From Candidatus Cloacimonadota bacterium (GTDB taxonomy: Bacteria; Cloacimonadota; Cloacimonadia; Cloacimonadales; TCS61): a stretch of 64,000 nucleotides of DNA. The position numbers were made by a program, and so were the translations under genes. The notes below the pieces were generated by a model. It was not told the origin of the DNA, did not search any database, and worked only from the letters and a program-made list of their open reading frames with translations. This document shows, one piece after another, positions 1-9,820 of the stretch; positions within the stretch are counted from its first letter, which is position 1, and the number at the start of each line of letters is the position of its first letter. Where the stretch lies: the NCBI GenBank assembly GCA_021734835.1, contig JAIPIH010000004.1, forward strand, positions 96,674-160,673, in the 5' to 3' direction.

Positions 1-1013
1 AAGAACTGAAGGCTTGGGCTAAATCCAACATCAAAGGGATCAGTAGTTCTCACTGTGAACACTCCACTTGGAACTCCAACTGAGGCATATTGAGGAACTG
101 GTTCCCAGCCGCTATAACCATCAATGATATTATCACCATCAACATCCAAACTATCATTTGCAGCACACATTGTGTACATAATATTAAAATCCAAACTCAT
201 TACTTCAGAAATATCCCATTTTTCTCTCAGGCCAAAACCCATATTTTGATACATTTCTTTAGTTGTCATAGAACCATCAGGATCATCATCCCCAACTGAA
301 TAATTAGGATTTTCCGGATCAGTAGGATCGAATTCAGTATCTGCAAACCAGAATGCATCAAATGCAAGATTATGCACGTCATTTATGTTTGTATTAAAAT
401 TCAGTGCCCAAGTACCATCTTCAGCTTTGAAATCACCTGTATTCCAATTCCAACCTTGCCAATTTGGTTGCCAGAGTCTTACTAAATTCCATTTCATTCC
501 GCCAAAATGACCTTTAACATAAATACCCTTGGCATTGTCACGATCTATATAACGACGATCTGCCATAAACCATTTACTGAATCCAAGACCCATGGGTGTA
601 CCCAGTTGTATTTGATCTATCGCTTCAGTACCAGGCATCAAGTCAATACGGAAACCACGCAACTTGAACCAGCCGGTATTTGCATCCCAATAAGTTTGCC
701 AGGCAGAGGAATTTGCTTCCACACTGCTATTAGCATCATCGGCATCCCAAATTGTTTTCATACGAAGATAAGCTTTTACATACTTGCTGATCGTAGCATT
801 AACTTCGAATTGAACTTCTGAACGCATAAAGTTACCTTTGTGAATATCAGTTCTGCCTCCATTCCAAGGTGTTTCAGTGTGAGCTCCCATGAAAGCAAGT
901 CCATCAGTCCAGCGGAACTGATTGTAAATAGTAGTTCCTACATCGATCCTAGCTTGTGCCAATACTAAAGAACTAACCAGAATCAATACAACAATAAGTA
1001 GTGTTTTTTTCAT
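1..1013 (-). CDS. Putative outer-membrane carbohydrate porin / beta-barrel protein (N-terminal part; runs off the left edge)
   Basis: Not in the ORF track. ATG at 1013 after an AAGGAGG RBS; I translated 337 codons with no stop. Signal peptide MKKTLLIVVLILVSSLVLA, amphipathic strands (SEVQFEVNATISKYVKAYLRMK), 16 Trp. Last visible gene of the maltodextrin operon. Confidence 0.7.
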   Translation of the reverse strand, partial: MKKTLLIVVLILVSSLVLAQARIDVGTTIYNQFRWTDGLAFMGAHTETPWNGGRTDIHKGNFMRSEVQFEVNATISKYVKAYLRMKTIWDADDANSSVEANSSAWQTYWDANTGWFKLRGFRIDLMPGTEAIDQIQLGTPMGLGFSKWFMADRRYIDRDNAKGIYVKGHFGGMKWNLVRLWQPNWQGWNWNTGDFKAEDGTWALNFNTNINDVHNLAFDAFWFADTEFDPTDPENPNYSVGDDDPDGSMTTKEMYQNMGFGLREKWDISEVMSLDFNIMYTMCAANDSLDVDGDNIIDGYSGWEPVPQYASVGVPSGVFTVRTTDPFDVGFSPSLQF

Positions 1014-1035
1014 CTTTTCCTCCTTTTTTTAGTTA

Positions 1036-1863
1036 CTATTTAAGATATACTAATTTTATTACAGTTAATTTATCTGCTGATGTATCAACAGGGTCCATAC
1101 CGCTTTCCCAATTATCCAGCATATTATATTGAATAGCTGCTTCATCATCAGAACCATCGGCATTGTCAACAAACAGATCAATAACATTAGGATCACCAGC
1201 TCCGTCGGCGCCTCCACCAAAACGATGCTGTCCTTCATATTCATTTACCCGGCGCATCAACACGCACCAGTCTCCGGGAAATCCGGTTGCACTTAACATC
1301 ATGATCCCATAGCCCCATGTAGAGATATCAGCGTTCTTTTTCACGCCCAAATCGGCTTTTTTAACAGTTGCTTTCAATGATTTTCCGATCGGTTTGATCT
1401 TAGACGGCAGTACAATATCATTCTTCATACTTGCTGCTTTTAATTCTATCTCACCATTGATCTTCGGAACAGTATGCGGATCAATAAAGATCACTTTTTC
1501 CCAAGCATTAGCAGGATCCACTAAAACTTGAGTTCCCGGAATTGTTTCTGTTCTACCGGAACCTTCTACTTTATCGAAATCCAAATATATCTGCAGTTGC
1601 TGCACATCCCAAAAATCTCCCCAGTTAAATGTAACCGGTGCATTGAAAGTTATCTTGAAGTCAATTTCTTCACCTTTATCCTCTATCTCTGCTTTTAACA
1701 GATCAAAGGAACCTGCAACATAGATCGGGTCGGTAGGATAAACATAATATCCTGGTCCTTTGTCATCACCTTTCGGATCTTTTAATTCTAATTTAGTTCC
1801 AGCAAAAAGATACGAACTTACGAATGTTAGAATCAAAAAAATCACAAGACTTTTGTACTTCAT
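1036..1863 (-). CDS. Secreted glucodextranase/amylopullulanase DOMON-like carbohydrate-binding domain protein
   Basis: Signal peptide, then DPKGDDKGPGYYVYPTD...FDL, QIYLD and GG...PNVIDL motifs of the DOMON-like (Glucodextran_C) domain. Confidence 0.75.
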   Translation of the reverse strand: MKYKSLVIFLILTFVSSYLFAGTKLELKDPKGDDKGPGYYVYPTDPIYVAGSFDLLKAEIEDKGEEIDFKITFNAPVTFNWGDFWDVQQLQIYLDFDKVEGSGRTETIPGTQVLVDPANAWEKVIFIDPHTVPKINGEIELKAASMKNDIVLPSKIKPIGKSLKATVKKADLGVKKNADISTWGYGIMMLSATGFPGDWCVLMRRVNEYEGQHRFGGGADGAGDPNVIDLFVDNADGSDDEAAIQYNMLDNWESGMDPVDTSADKLTVIKLVYLK

Positions 1864-1887
1864 AAAAATCCTCCTTTAAAATATTTA

Positions 1888-2724
1888 TTAACCCTTAACT
1901 CCACCTGCTGTTAACCCACTTACCAGGAATTTCTGGAAAGCCATGAACATTACAACAACAGGGATTGCAACTAATAACGATGAGGCTGCAAAATTACCCC
2001 ATTCTGCTCCAAACTCTCCCACCATTTGCCGTAAACCGATGGGGAGTGTATATTTTGATTCTGAATCTAAAAATGTAGCTGCCAAGATAAATTCGTTCCA
2101 GGCTGTCATAAAGGAAAACAAACCCGTAATTGCGATGGAAGGTTTACTCAGCGGCAGTATGATCTCCCAGAAAATCCGACTCTTCGATGCTCCGTCTATA
2201 GTAGCTGATTCTTCTAAGGAAATTGGAATTGTATCAAAATATCCTTTCAGAATCCAGATTGAAAAAGGTAGTGCTGTTGTGGAGTATATTATGACCAATC
2301 CCCATAATGAACCGTATAAATGAAGAATTTCTGAGATCAGAATAAATTGTGGAATGATCATCAATACTCCGGGAAACATCTGAGTAACAAGTAATGCTAG
2401 CATACCTTTTTTCTGTCCCGGAAACTTGAAGCGAGAAAAAGCATAAGCTGCAGTTGTAGCCAAAAAAAGGCTAGACAACACTGTCACAAAAGATACAATG
2501 ATTGAATTTCGCAGCCAGATAACAAAAGGTTTATCATAAAATACAGCTCTAAAATTATCCAGATTAAAATTGTCTGGGATCAAACTGAGATTTGTCGACA
2601 TCAATGATTTCCCGCCAAACGCAACCTTGAGCACCCAAAGTACCGGATAAATCGTTATTAAGGTAACTAAGATCAAGATGACGTAAGTAACTATAGTCCG
2701 GGATTTGGAATTCGATGATATCAT
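1888..2724 (-). CDS. malG: Maltose/maltodextrin ABC transporter permease, MalG type
   Basis: LKGYFDTIPISLEESATIDGA EAA loop; QMFP and AWNEF motifs. Confidence 0.9.
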   Translation of the reverse strand: MISSNSKSRTIVTYVILILVTLITIYPVLWVLKVAFGGKSLMSTNLSLIPDNFNLDNFRAVFYDKPFVIWLRNSIIVSFVTVLSSLFLATTAAYAFSRFKFPGQKKGMLALLVTQMFPGVLMIIPQFILISEILHLYGSLWGLVIIYSTTALPFSIWILKGYFDTIPISLEESATIDGASKSRIFWEIILPLSKPSIAITGLFSFMTAWNEFILAATFLDSESKYTLPIGLRQMVGEFGAEWGNFAASSLLVAIPVVVMFMAFQKFLVSGLTAGGVKG

Positions 2725-4514
2725 TCGTAAACTCCTTCAGAAGCTTTGGTGATCCTATTTGTCCAGAAACCATAAGTAAATAGCAGCAGAAAAATAACTA
2801 TACAATACGCAGCGGCATATCCATATCGATATTGTTCGAAAGCAATTTTATAGGCATCTGTTATTAAAAGTTCTGTTGCACCATCAGGACCACCACCCGA
2901 AACCAGATATATAACGTTGAATTGATTGAATGTCCAGATTGTTCCTAAGATAATCGCCGGTACCATCGCTGGCTTTAAAAGTGGAAAAGTTACGTTCCAA
3001 AATGATTGCCAGCGGCTGGAGCCGTCAATAGCACTTGCTTCATAAAGTTCTCTGGGGATACTCTGTAGTGCACCCAGAGCAATGATCATCATAAAAGGGA
3101 ATCCCAGCCAGACATTAGTTGCCAGATTAGCCAGGAAAGCAGTATGAACTTGTGTGAACCAACTTATTGGTTCAATACCGAATAACTCTAGTAAACCGTT
3201 AACCGCCCCAAATTGTTTATGGAACATACCGCGCCAAATCAGAGCTGTGATATAACTTGGAATCGCCCAGGGAAGGATCAGTAACACACGAAATATTGTT
3301 CGACCTTTCAATTGCGGATTATTCAGAATAAGTGCTAGCATCACACCAATTGAAACATGAAGGCTTACATTGATAACTGTCCACAAGATCGTATGAACTA
3401 AAGTATAATAGAAATTATGAGGATCGGTAAAATTGATCGTTTTAAGGATATCTATTAAGTTTCCGAAAGAATAATTCTTTAAATTCCCGAAATACTCTAG
3501 AAGACTACCACCGAAATCATTCAAGCCATAGTTTGTAAATCCAATTAAAAAGCCGTATACGAAAGGAAAAAATACTAATAGGAAAACTCCTAACATAGCC
3601 GGAGTAATATAGGAATAAGCTAAACGGTAGCGGATCAATGAAGCCAGCATTTTTTCAAATAGACCAGAAAGGACGAACCAGATCAAGAGACCACCAATAA
3701 TAGAAAGAGTTATATTCCAGGTTTTAATTGCTCCTCTAATCAAAGGTTGCCATTCAGTAGTTAGCAAATCAAGTGCGGGGAGTAGAAGTGAAGTTTGATT
3801 CTGCAGATCCAGTTGATATTGTACCTGGCTTTGCATCCATAATTTATGATTATTTTCAAGTTGATAAGCTATATTACTGTTTATCAACACTACCAGGATA
3901 ATGAATAATCCTAAACTTAAATAAACACTTAAACGTTTAATATACTTATCCAGAAGTAGTGCAATAACAAAGAAAAGCATAGTGAACAAAATAAGCGGGA
4001 TTTTATTAGCTTTCATCGGCATTAATGTTTGATATTGAATGTCATAGACCACAAATCCAATCATATTTGTACCTGCAAAGATTCCACGGTAAAGCGTATA
4101 GCTTCCTTTATCATTTTCAGAACCTTTCCAAATAAAATTAGAATTCTGGATTTGCGGATCATAATTTTGCTCGATCTCGCGCTGTCGGTCAAAAATCTCT
4201 TTTGTGATGCGCTCTCCGATCATATTCACATCGGAATGAGCTACAAAATTACGTTCATTTACTACAGCCATTGTGTTAATATCCTGATTGTTAGCTAGGA
4301 GAATTTTGAGAACTGCCTGAAGATTTGCAAAGGAAGATTCTTGCTGAGGATTGTAAACTGCTTCAATAGTCTGAATATCTGTTTCAGCAAGATCCTGGGT
4401 GTAGTGGATATTCTGTTGATGAAGAGAATTTGACAACAGCTTTCCAACTAATAGATAAAACAGCATTAATACAACTGCTAATGCGATCATCCTTTGTATT
4501 TTATGTCGCTTCAT
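2721..4514 (-). CDS. malF: Maltose/maltodextrin ABC transporter permease, MalF type, with a long N-terminal extension
   Basis: C-terminal half has ILPWAIP, NVWLGFPFMM, LQSIPRELYEASAIDGS and FNQFNVIYL. About 290 extra N-terminal residues. Confidence 0.85.
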   Translation of the reverse strand: MKRHKIQRMIALAVVLMLFYLLVGKLLSNSLHQQNIHYTQDLAETDIQTIEAVYNPQQESSFANLQAVLKILLANNQDINTMAVVNERNFVAHSDVNMIGERITKEIFDRQREIEQNYDPQIQNSNFIWKGSENDKGSYTLYRGIFAGTNMIGFVVYDIQYQTLMPMKANKIPLILFTMLFFVIALLLDKYIKRLSVYLSLGLFIILVVLINSNIAYQLENNHKLWMQSQVQYQLDLQNQTSLLLPALDLLTTEWQPLIRGAIKTWNITLSIIGGLLIWFVLSGLFEKMLASLIRYRLAYSYITPAMLGVFLLVFFPFVYGFLIGFTNYGLNDFGGSLLEYFGNLKNYSFGNLIDILKTINFTDPHNFYYTLVHTILWTVINVSLHVSIGVMLALILNNPQLKGRTIFRVLLILPWAIPSYITALIWRGMFHKQFGAVNGLLELFGIEPISWFTQVHTAFLANLATNVWLGFPFMMIIALGALQSIPRELYEASAIDGSSRWQSFWNVTFPLLKPAMVPAIILGTIWTFNQFNVIYLVSGGGPDGATELLITDAYKIAFEQYRYGYAAAYCIVIFLLLFTYGFWTNRITKASEGVYE

Positions 4515-4552
4515 CCTACCTCAAAATGAAACTAAACATTTTAATATGACGA

Positions 4553-5743
4553 TCATTTAATATATCCAGCGGCTTTTAATGTTCTCATAACCTTGCTTTG
4601 TGCTTCATCTAAAGTCTGCTTAGGGTCACTACCGTTCACAGCAGCATTTATAGCTGTTGATGCTGGTGACCAAACTGAAGTCATCTGCGGGATACTTGGC
4701 ATTGGTCTGGAATTCATGATCTGAGCTTTGAATTTTGGTAAATATTTGTCATTTTTAACTTCCGGTCTTTCATAAACTGATTTCAGTGCTACAGGTTGAT
4801 TACCAACAGTAGCAAAAATGAAAGCTGCTTCTTTACTGATCAGATATTTCATAGCTTCGAAAGAAGCGCCTTTATTCTTTGATTTAGCGGACATCAAGAC
4901 CCCTTCAGAACTCATAAACGGAATTGCCGGTTTATTTATTTCGCTGATCACTGGTAAGAGTTCTACTTCATACGGAACTCCCTCGATCTCACCACGAAAC
5001 CATGGACCGCTGATCACCATTCCTGCTTTTCCCTCATTGAAGAGTGTTGTAACAAGTACGTTTGATACTTCTGGAGGAACTATTTTTTCTTTTAAAAACA
5101 GATCCTGAGCAAATTGGAAAGATCGGATATTTTCAGGTGAATTAAGTACAGGAATATCTTTGTCATTGAAGATATTACCACCGAAACCCTGCAGCCAGCA
5201 AGCATGATAATAGAAATTGGCAATTTCATAGACGAGACCGTATTTGCCGTTAGCTGAATCAGTGTGTTTTTTGGCCATAGCGATCATTTCATCAGTGGTT
5301 TTGGGAGGTGTTTTGATTATATTTGTATTATAAAACAGGATGATCGATTTAAGCGACATCGGTAGTCCATACATTGAACTTTTGTATTGCATCGGTTTCC
5401 ATGCACCTTCCACAAAATTTCCGCTGATATCTTCTTCCAGGTAAAAATCAATCGGTTCGATAATACCTGCTTCTACCCAACCGCCGATACGATCGTGAGC
5501 AAAAATAAAAATATCCGGTCCTTTTCCTCGAGGTATAGCAGCAGTTATTTTATCAGGAAATGCATCATATGGGATACCCAATGCTTTTATTTTTACTTCA
5601 GAATTGGCCTTGTTGAAGTTATCTACTACTTGCATTATAGCATCTTTCTCATTACCGCGATAAGAATGCCATAACGTTACTTCTGTTTGAGCAGTTAGTA
5701 GAACAGCTATAAATAATAAACAAAATAAAATGGTTCTTTTCAT
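4553..5743 (-). CDS. malE: Maltose/maltodextrin ABC transporter substrate-binding protein
   Basis: GKGPDIFIFAHDRIGGW, ISGPW and MPSIPQMTSVW are MalE-like motifs; signal peptide. Confidence 0.9.
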   Translation of the reverse strand: MKRTILFCLLFIAVLLTAQTEVTLWHSYRGNEKDAIMQVVDNFNKANSEVKIKALGIPYDAFPDKITAAIPRGKGPDIFIFAHDRIGGWVEAGIIEPIDFYLEEDISGNFVEGAWKPMQYKSSMYGLPMSLKSIILFYNTNIIKTPPKTTDEMIAMAKKHTDSANGKYGLVYEIANFYYHACWLQGFGGNIFNDKDIPVLNSPENIRSFQFAQDLFLKEKIVPPEVSNVLVTTLFNEGKAGMVISGPWFRGEIEGVPYEVELLPVISEINKPAIPFMSSEGVLMSAKSKNKGASFEAMKYLISKEAAFIFATVGNQPVALKSVYERPEVKNDKYLPKFKAQIMNSRPMPSIPQMTSVWSPASTAINAAVNGSDPKQTLDEAQSKVMRTLKAAGYIK

Positions 5744-7956
5744 GAGCCCTCCTTTCTATATACATCTTTTATTAAAAATAACAATAAAGCTTTTTCATTG
5801 CAATGAATTTCTAATTTATTTTCCGAAAACTTTACTTCTCCCTCACCCAAAATTGGCTCAAAAATAGTGTTCTCAAAGAAATCGTTTTCAATCAACAAAA
5901 CTCTATCGTGCCTTAATGAGACAAGAGCTAATATTGTGGCTTCATCATTATGGACTGAATAACAAAGTGCTCTACGGCTTCCGGTCAATTCATTTTCTTC
6001 AATTTCGTAGACAGGTAGAATTGTTAATTTACCCGATTCTAATACTGGATATTCATTCCGTAGACTTATCAAGTTTTTGGTGTAATTTAAAATAGATTTC
6101 GGATCCGGTTGTTCTTCTTCCACAGAAATCCCGTCTATATTATCATTCCAAACGGGATACCAGGTGGTCATTTCATCACATTTATTATCAGCGCACCATT
6201 CCATCGGACGGCGTATACCCTCATCATATGGATCTTTCAGTCCCTGCATTCCTAATTCATCTCCGTAATACAACATTGGCATATCCGGGATTGTGAGTAG
6301 CAGAGCTAAACATAATTTGGCTGAAGCTTCATCTAATCTGGTGAATATTCTGTTCATGTCGTGATTATTAACAAAGCGGTTCATTACAGCCTCAGAAGGT
6401 AAAATTTCCTGCTGTTCATTAAAGAGTCGAATTAGTGGCGAAGCTATTCCGCTGGAGATCACCTCCATCATACTTCCCTGAAAAGGAAAATCAAAAGCCA
6501 TATCGAATTCATTATCAAAACTTTCTGCAATGGAAGTAATGCCATCCCAGTTTTCCGCTAAAAGTAGAACTTCAGGATTCACAGATTTGATCTCATATCT
6601 AAATTTTTTCCAGAATGATTCCGGAGGACCTTTTACATAATCACAGCGGAAACCGTCAATACCGTCATAAAAATCTCCATCGCTGTTGGGATCCATCCAA
6701 TATTTTGCCATTGTAAAGAGATAGTCCTGAACCTGCGAGTTATTTACGTTCCAGGCTGGCATATAAGGATTCAGCATTTCGCGGTCAGAAGGTCGGTGCC
6801 GAAACTGCCAATTGTGCCCTCTTGTATTAGAAGGATTTGTGAAAAAGAACCAATCATCATATCTGGATTTGGGATTGTTATAAGCATCGAGAAAAAACGG
6901 ATGTTGGTTGGAACAGTGATTTAAAATAAGATCAGTAAAAACTTTAATACCGCGCTTGTGCGCTTCCTCCAGAAAAAGCTGGAAATCTTCATTCGTACCA
7001 TAGTCCGGATTGATCTGATAATAATCGCTGATGTCGTACCCGTGATAGCTGGGTGAGACAAAGATCGGCATCAGCCAGATTGATTTAATACCTAAGTCGC
7101 TTCGTGAATTGGGATCACCGTCATTAAGATAATCCAATTTGTTTATTACGCCCTGCAGATCACCGATTCCGTCTCCGTCACTATCAGCAAAACTACGTAC
7201 AAAGATCTCATACATCACGCCATCTCTGCACCAACCTGGTGGCGGGAAAACTGAGGGTACTTCAAATTCAGGAATATCATTCTCGCCCGTATCGATAACT
7301 TCATTATCAACTAAAACTAATTCAGAGATCTGCCAATTATCATCAAAATTTCCTAAGGCAAGTTCTAAAAACCGATCAGCTGTTGGATTATAATCTGTCA
7401 GAGAATAGACACAGTATTCCTCTTTCTGTGGGATAAAGCGCAGTGCTTCATAACTGGGAGCTGAAATGATCCACAACATTCTTTGCGGATTTACCGGGTT
7501 AGGATAACGAAAATTTATTCCAACTTCGTCTCCTGAAAAAATTTCGTTACCAAAAATCATACTGTCTGCAGTAACCTCAACCGGCAGCATTTTTAAAATC
7601 GCATTTAAGACAGAATTGGATGATGGCGTGCCGATCAAGATAAGATTGTATTTTTCTATATGTTCTGTACTCACATCGCTGTCGGAGAGAATATCAACTA
7701 CGTTATCTGTATAATTCAACCATCGTTTAATGCGGAAATCAACAACATTATTGGCAATCATTTCATTCATTTCTGATTCTTCTTCAGTTGCACTGCTGTT
7801 TCCCCAAACTATTATAGATTGATGAGCAAAGAATTCATTATGGGGAGCTTCAGTTAAATTTACAGATTTTGAATGTTCTGTGATATAGTCAGCCATTTCA
7901 GTAGCATCGGTAGATATTAAAAAAATAAAAATTATTAAAACTAAAAATAAACGCAT
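5740..7956 (-). CDS. Secreted GH13 alpha-amylase with an extra N-terminal domain
   Basis: YEIFVRSFADSDGDGIGDL and SPSYHGYD; catalytic DGFRCD, AENW and NNHD; signal peptide. Confidence 0.9.
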   Translation of the reverse strand: MRLFLVLIIFIFLISTDATEMADYITEHSKSVNLTEAPHNEFFAHQSIIVWGNSSATEEESEMNEMIANNVVDFRIKRWLNYTDNVVDILSDSDVSTEHIEKYNLILIGTPSSNSVLNAILKMLPVEVTADSMIFGNEIFSGDEVGINFRYPNPVNPQRMLWIISAPSYEALRFIPQKEEYCVYSLTDYNPTADRFLELALGNFDDNWQISELVLVDNEVIDTGENDIPEFEVPSVFPPPGWCRDGVMYEIFVRSFADSDGDGIGDLQGVINKLDYLNDGDPNSRSDLGIKSIWLMPIFVSPSYHGYDISDYYQINPDYGTNEDFQLFLEEAHKRGIKVFTDLILNHCSNQHPFFLDAYNNPKSRYDDWFFFTNPSNTRGHNWQFRHRPSDREMLNPYMPAWNVNNSQVQDYLFTMAKYWMDPNSDGDFYDGIDGFRCDYVKGPPESFWKKFRYEIKSVNPEVLLLAENWDGITSIAESFDNEFDMAFDFPFQGSMMEVISSGIASPLIRLFNEQQEILPSEAVMNRFVNNHDMNRIFTRLDEASAKLCLALLLTIPDMPMLYYGDELGMQGLKDPYDEGIRRPMEWCADNKCDEMTTWYPVWNDNIDGISVEEEQPDPKSILNYTKNLISLRNEYPVLESGKLTILPVYEIEENELTGSRRALCYSVHNDEATILALVSLRHDRVLLIENDFFENTIFEPILGEGEVKFSENKLEIHCNEKALLLFLIKDVYRKEGS

Positions 7957-8177
7957 TATAGCTCCGTTATTTATGAGCTTTCTAAATCAATTAACCTAAA
8001 CAAATTTGCTATAGATTCTATATTAATGTCAAGCCTTAATCTAAAAACTTGCTGAATAATATTTTACAACATCTCTGTTAAGAAAATTATGATTATGATT
8101 TTTTAGATCTTCAATTGAACCAAATCATAATTAATATTTGAATAGTAATACGATATGCAAGAAAAGAAAAAAATAAA

Positions 8178-8516
8178 TTATTCCTTTTCCTGCAATTGCT
8201 CAACGTCTCTGATTAAAAAATAATTTAAAATCGTTCTAATGGCAATTATAGAAGCAAGTTGCCCAATATCATTCCAGGTTGGGGCAATTGTTGTTTTCAA
8301 GATGCTGCCTCCAATCAGAAAACTTAATCCCAGAGTGAAGGAATGACCAATCTCCAGCCTGCTTTCTTTGATCGCTTTACGAGCTTCTTTTTTTGAAAAA
8401 ATATCGACTATAAAAATATAAAATGCTTTAATAATCCCTATTGAAATGACAATTATTGCTGCTATATAAATGAATATTGTGACTATAGTTACAATTGTAT
8501 TAATGATTTCACCCAT
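8178..8516 (-). CDS. DUF1622 family membrane protein
   Basis: RLEIG...LGLSFLIGGSILKT...PTW.DIGQLASIIAIRTILNYFL pattern. Confidence 0.8.
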   Translation of the reverse strand: MGEIINTIVTIVTIFIYIAAIIVISIGIIKAFYIFIVDIFSKKEARKAIKESRLEIGHSFTLGLSFLIGGSILKTTIAPTWNDIGQLASIIAIRTILNYFLIRDVEQLQEKE

Positions 8517-8543
8517 AATTAATATCCCTTTCTCATTGCTTTA

Positions 8544-9809
8544 TTATGTTTCATCCTGAATATATTTTTCAGGTATCTGTTTTTTTGCTGTAGCACCTAA
8601 TTTTTCAATATTCTGTGCTCGTGAAATTAGATTTCCTTTTCCTGTGCAAAGCTTCTTAATTGCATCGTCATAAGCACTTTGAGATCGCTTGAGATTAATA
8701 TCTATTTTTTCCAAATCCTCAATAAAACCATTCAGTTTATCCAGAAGTGCTCCACCTTGTCGGGCAATTTCCATAGCATTCTTAGTCTGACTTTCCTGAC
8801 GCCAGATGAAGGCTATTGTGCGTAAAGTTGCTAAAAGCGTGCTGGGACTTACTATGACTATCTGCTTATTGTAAGCATATTGATAGATTGTCTTATCATG
8901 TTGCATAATAACAGCAAATACACCTTCAATCGGAATGAATAGCATTACAAAATCCGGTGAGTTTAAATCCTTCAGATCATGATAATGTTTTTTATGAAGA
9001 TCATCAATGTGCGATTTCACTGAGAGATTCAATGCCTTAAGATAACCTCTTTTCTGTTTCTCTGTCTCAGAAGATATCATTCTTTCATATTGAACTAAAG
9101 AAACTTTTGAATCTACTATAATATGCTTATTCTCAGGTAACTTGATGATAACATCCGGTTGTTGTCGATGTCCTGCCTCATCGGTCATACTGACCTGTGT
9201 TTCATATTCAATGCCGTTGCGAAGACCTGATTCTTCCAGAATTCTTTCCAGAATTACTTCTCCCCAATTACCCTGCATTTTCACATCACCTTTTAAGGCT
9301 TTTGTCAGATTATTTGCATCATCACTGATCTTTTTATTCAGATCTTTCAAACTTTTTATCTGTTCTATTAAGCTTGTATGACTAGATCTATTTTTTTCGT
9401 CAGTTCGCTCAACTTTAGCTTCAAAATCTTTGATCTTCTCTTTTAAAGGATTTAATAATTCATCAAGATTAGTACGATTCTGTTCCGTAAACTTTTTTGT
9501 TTTTTCTTCCAGGATCTCATTAGCAAGATTTTTAAAAGCATCGGTAAATTTTATTTGCAACTCTTCAATATCCTGTTTTTGAACTTCCAGTTTTTCTTCC
9601 AAATTAAGATTAACAGTAGACAGCTTAGAAATCTCAGCCTGAGAATGAGTATATTTTTCCCTTTCCATATTAAGTTCTGATTCGGTTTTATCCAAATCAA
9701 CCTTTAGCATTTCTGCTTTAGCTACAAGCTTACTTTTTTGAGAAAATAAGAAGAGACCTGTTATAAGACCACCCACTAATAATCCTACAGTTAAGTAAAT
9801 AAATTGCAT
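8544..9809 (-). CDS. rmuC: DNA recombination protein RmuC
   Basis: N-terminal TM helix and coiled coil; KMQGNWGEVILERILE, PDVIIKLP, IVDSKVSL and SPSTLLATLRT. Confidence 0.93.
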   Translation of the reverse strand: MQFIYLTVGLLVGGLITGLFLFSQKSKLVAKAEMLKVDLDKTESELNMEREKYTHSQAEISKLSTVNLNLEEKLEVQKQDIEELQIKFTDAFKNLANEILEEKTKKFTEQNRTNLDELLNPLKEKIKDFEAKVERTDEKNRSSHTSLIEQIKSLKDLNKKISDDANNLTKALKGDVKMQGNWGEVILERILEESGLRNGIEYETQVSMTDEAGHRQQPDVIIKLPENKHIIVDSKVSLVQYERMISSETEKQKRGYLKALNLSVKSHIDDLHKKHYHDLKDLNSPDFVMLFIPIEGVFAVIMQHDKTIYQYAYNKQIVIVSPSTLLATLRTIAFIWRQESQTKNAMEIARQGGALLDKLNGFIEDLEKIDINLKRSQSAYDDAIKKLCTGKGNLISRAQNIEKLGATAKKQIPEKYIQDET

Positions 9810-9820
9810 TCTACCTCAAA

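Noticed and set aside
90-821. Plus-strand ORFs 90..299 and 507..821, and the many similar short ORFs opposite or within long genes throughout the window
   Set aside because: Shadows of well-supported genes, with no recognisable motifs.
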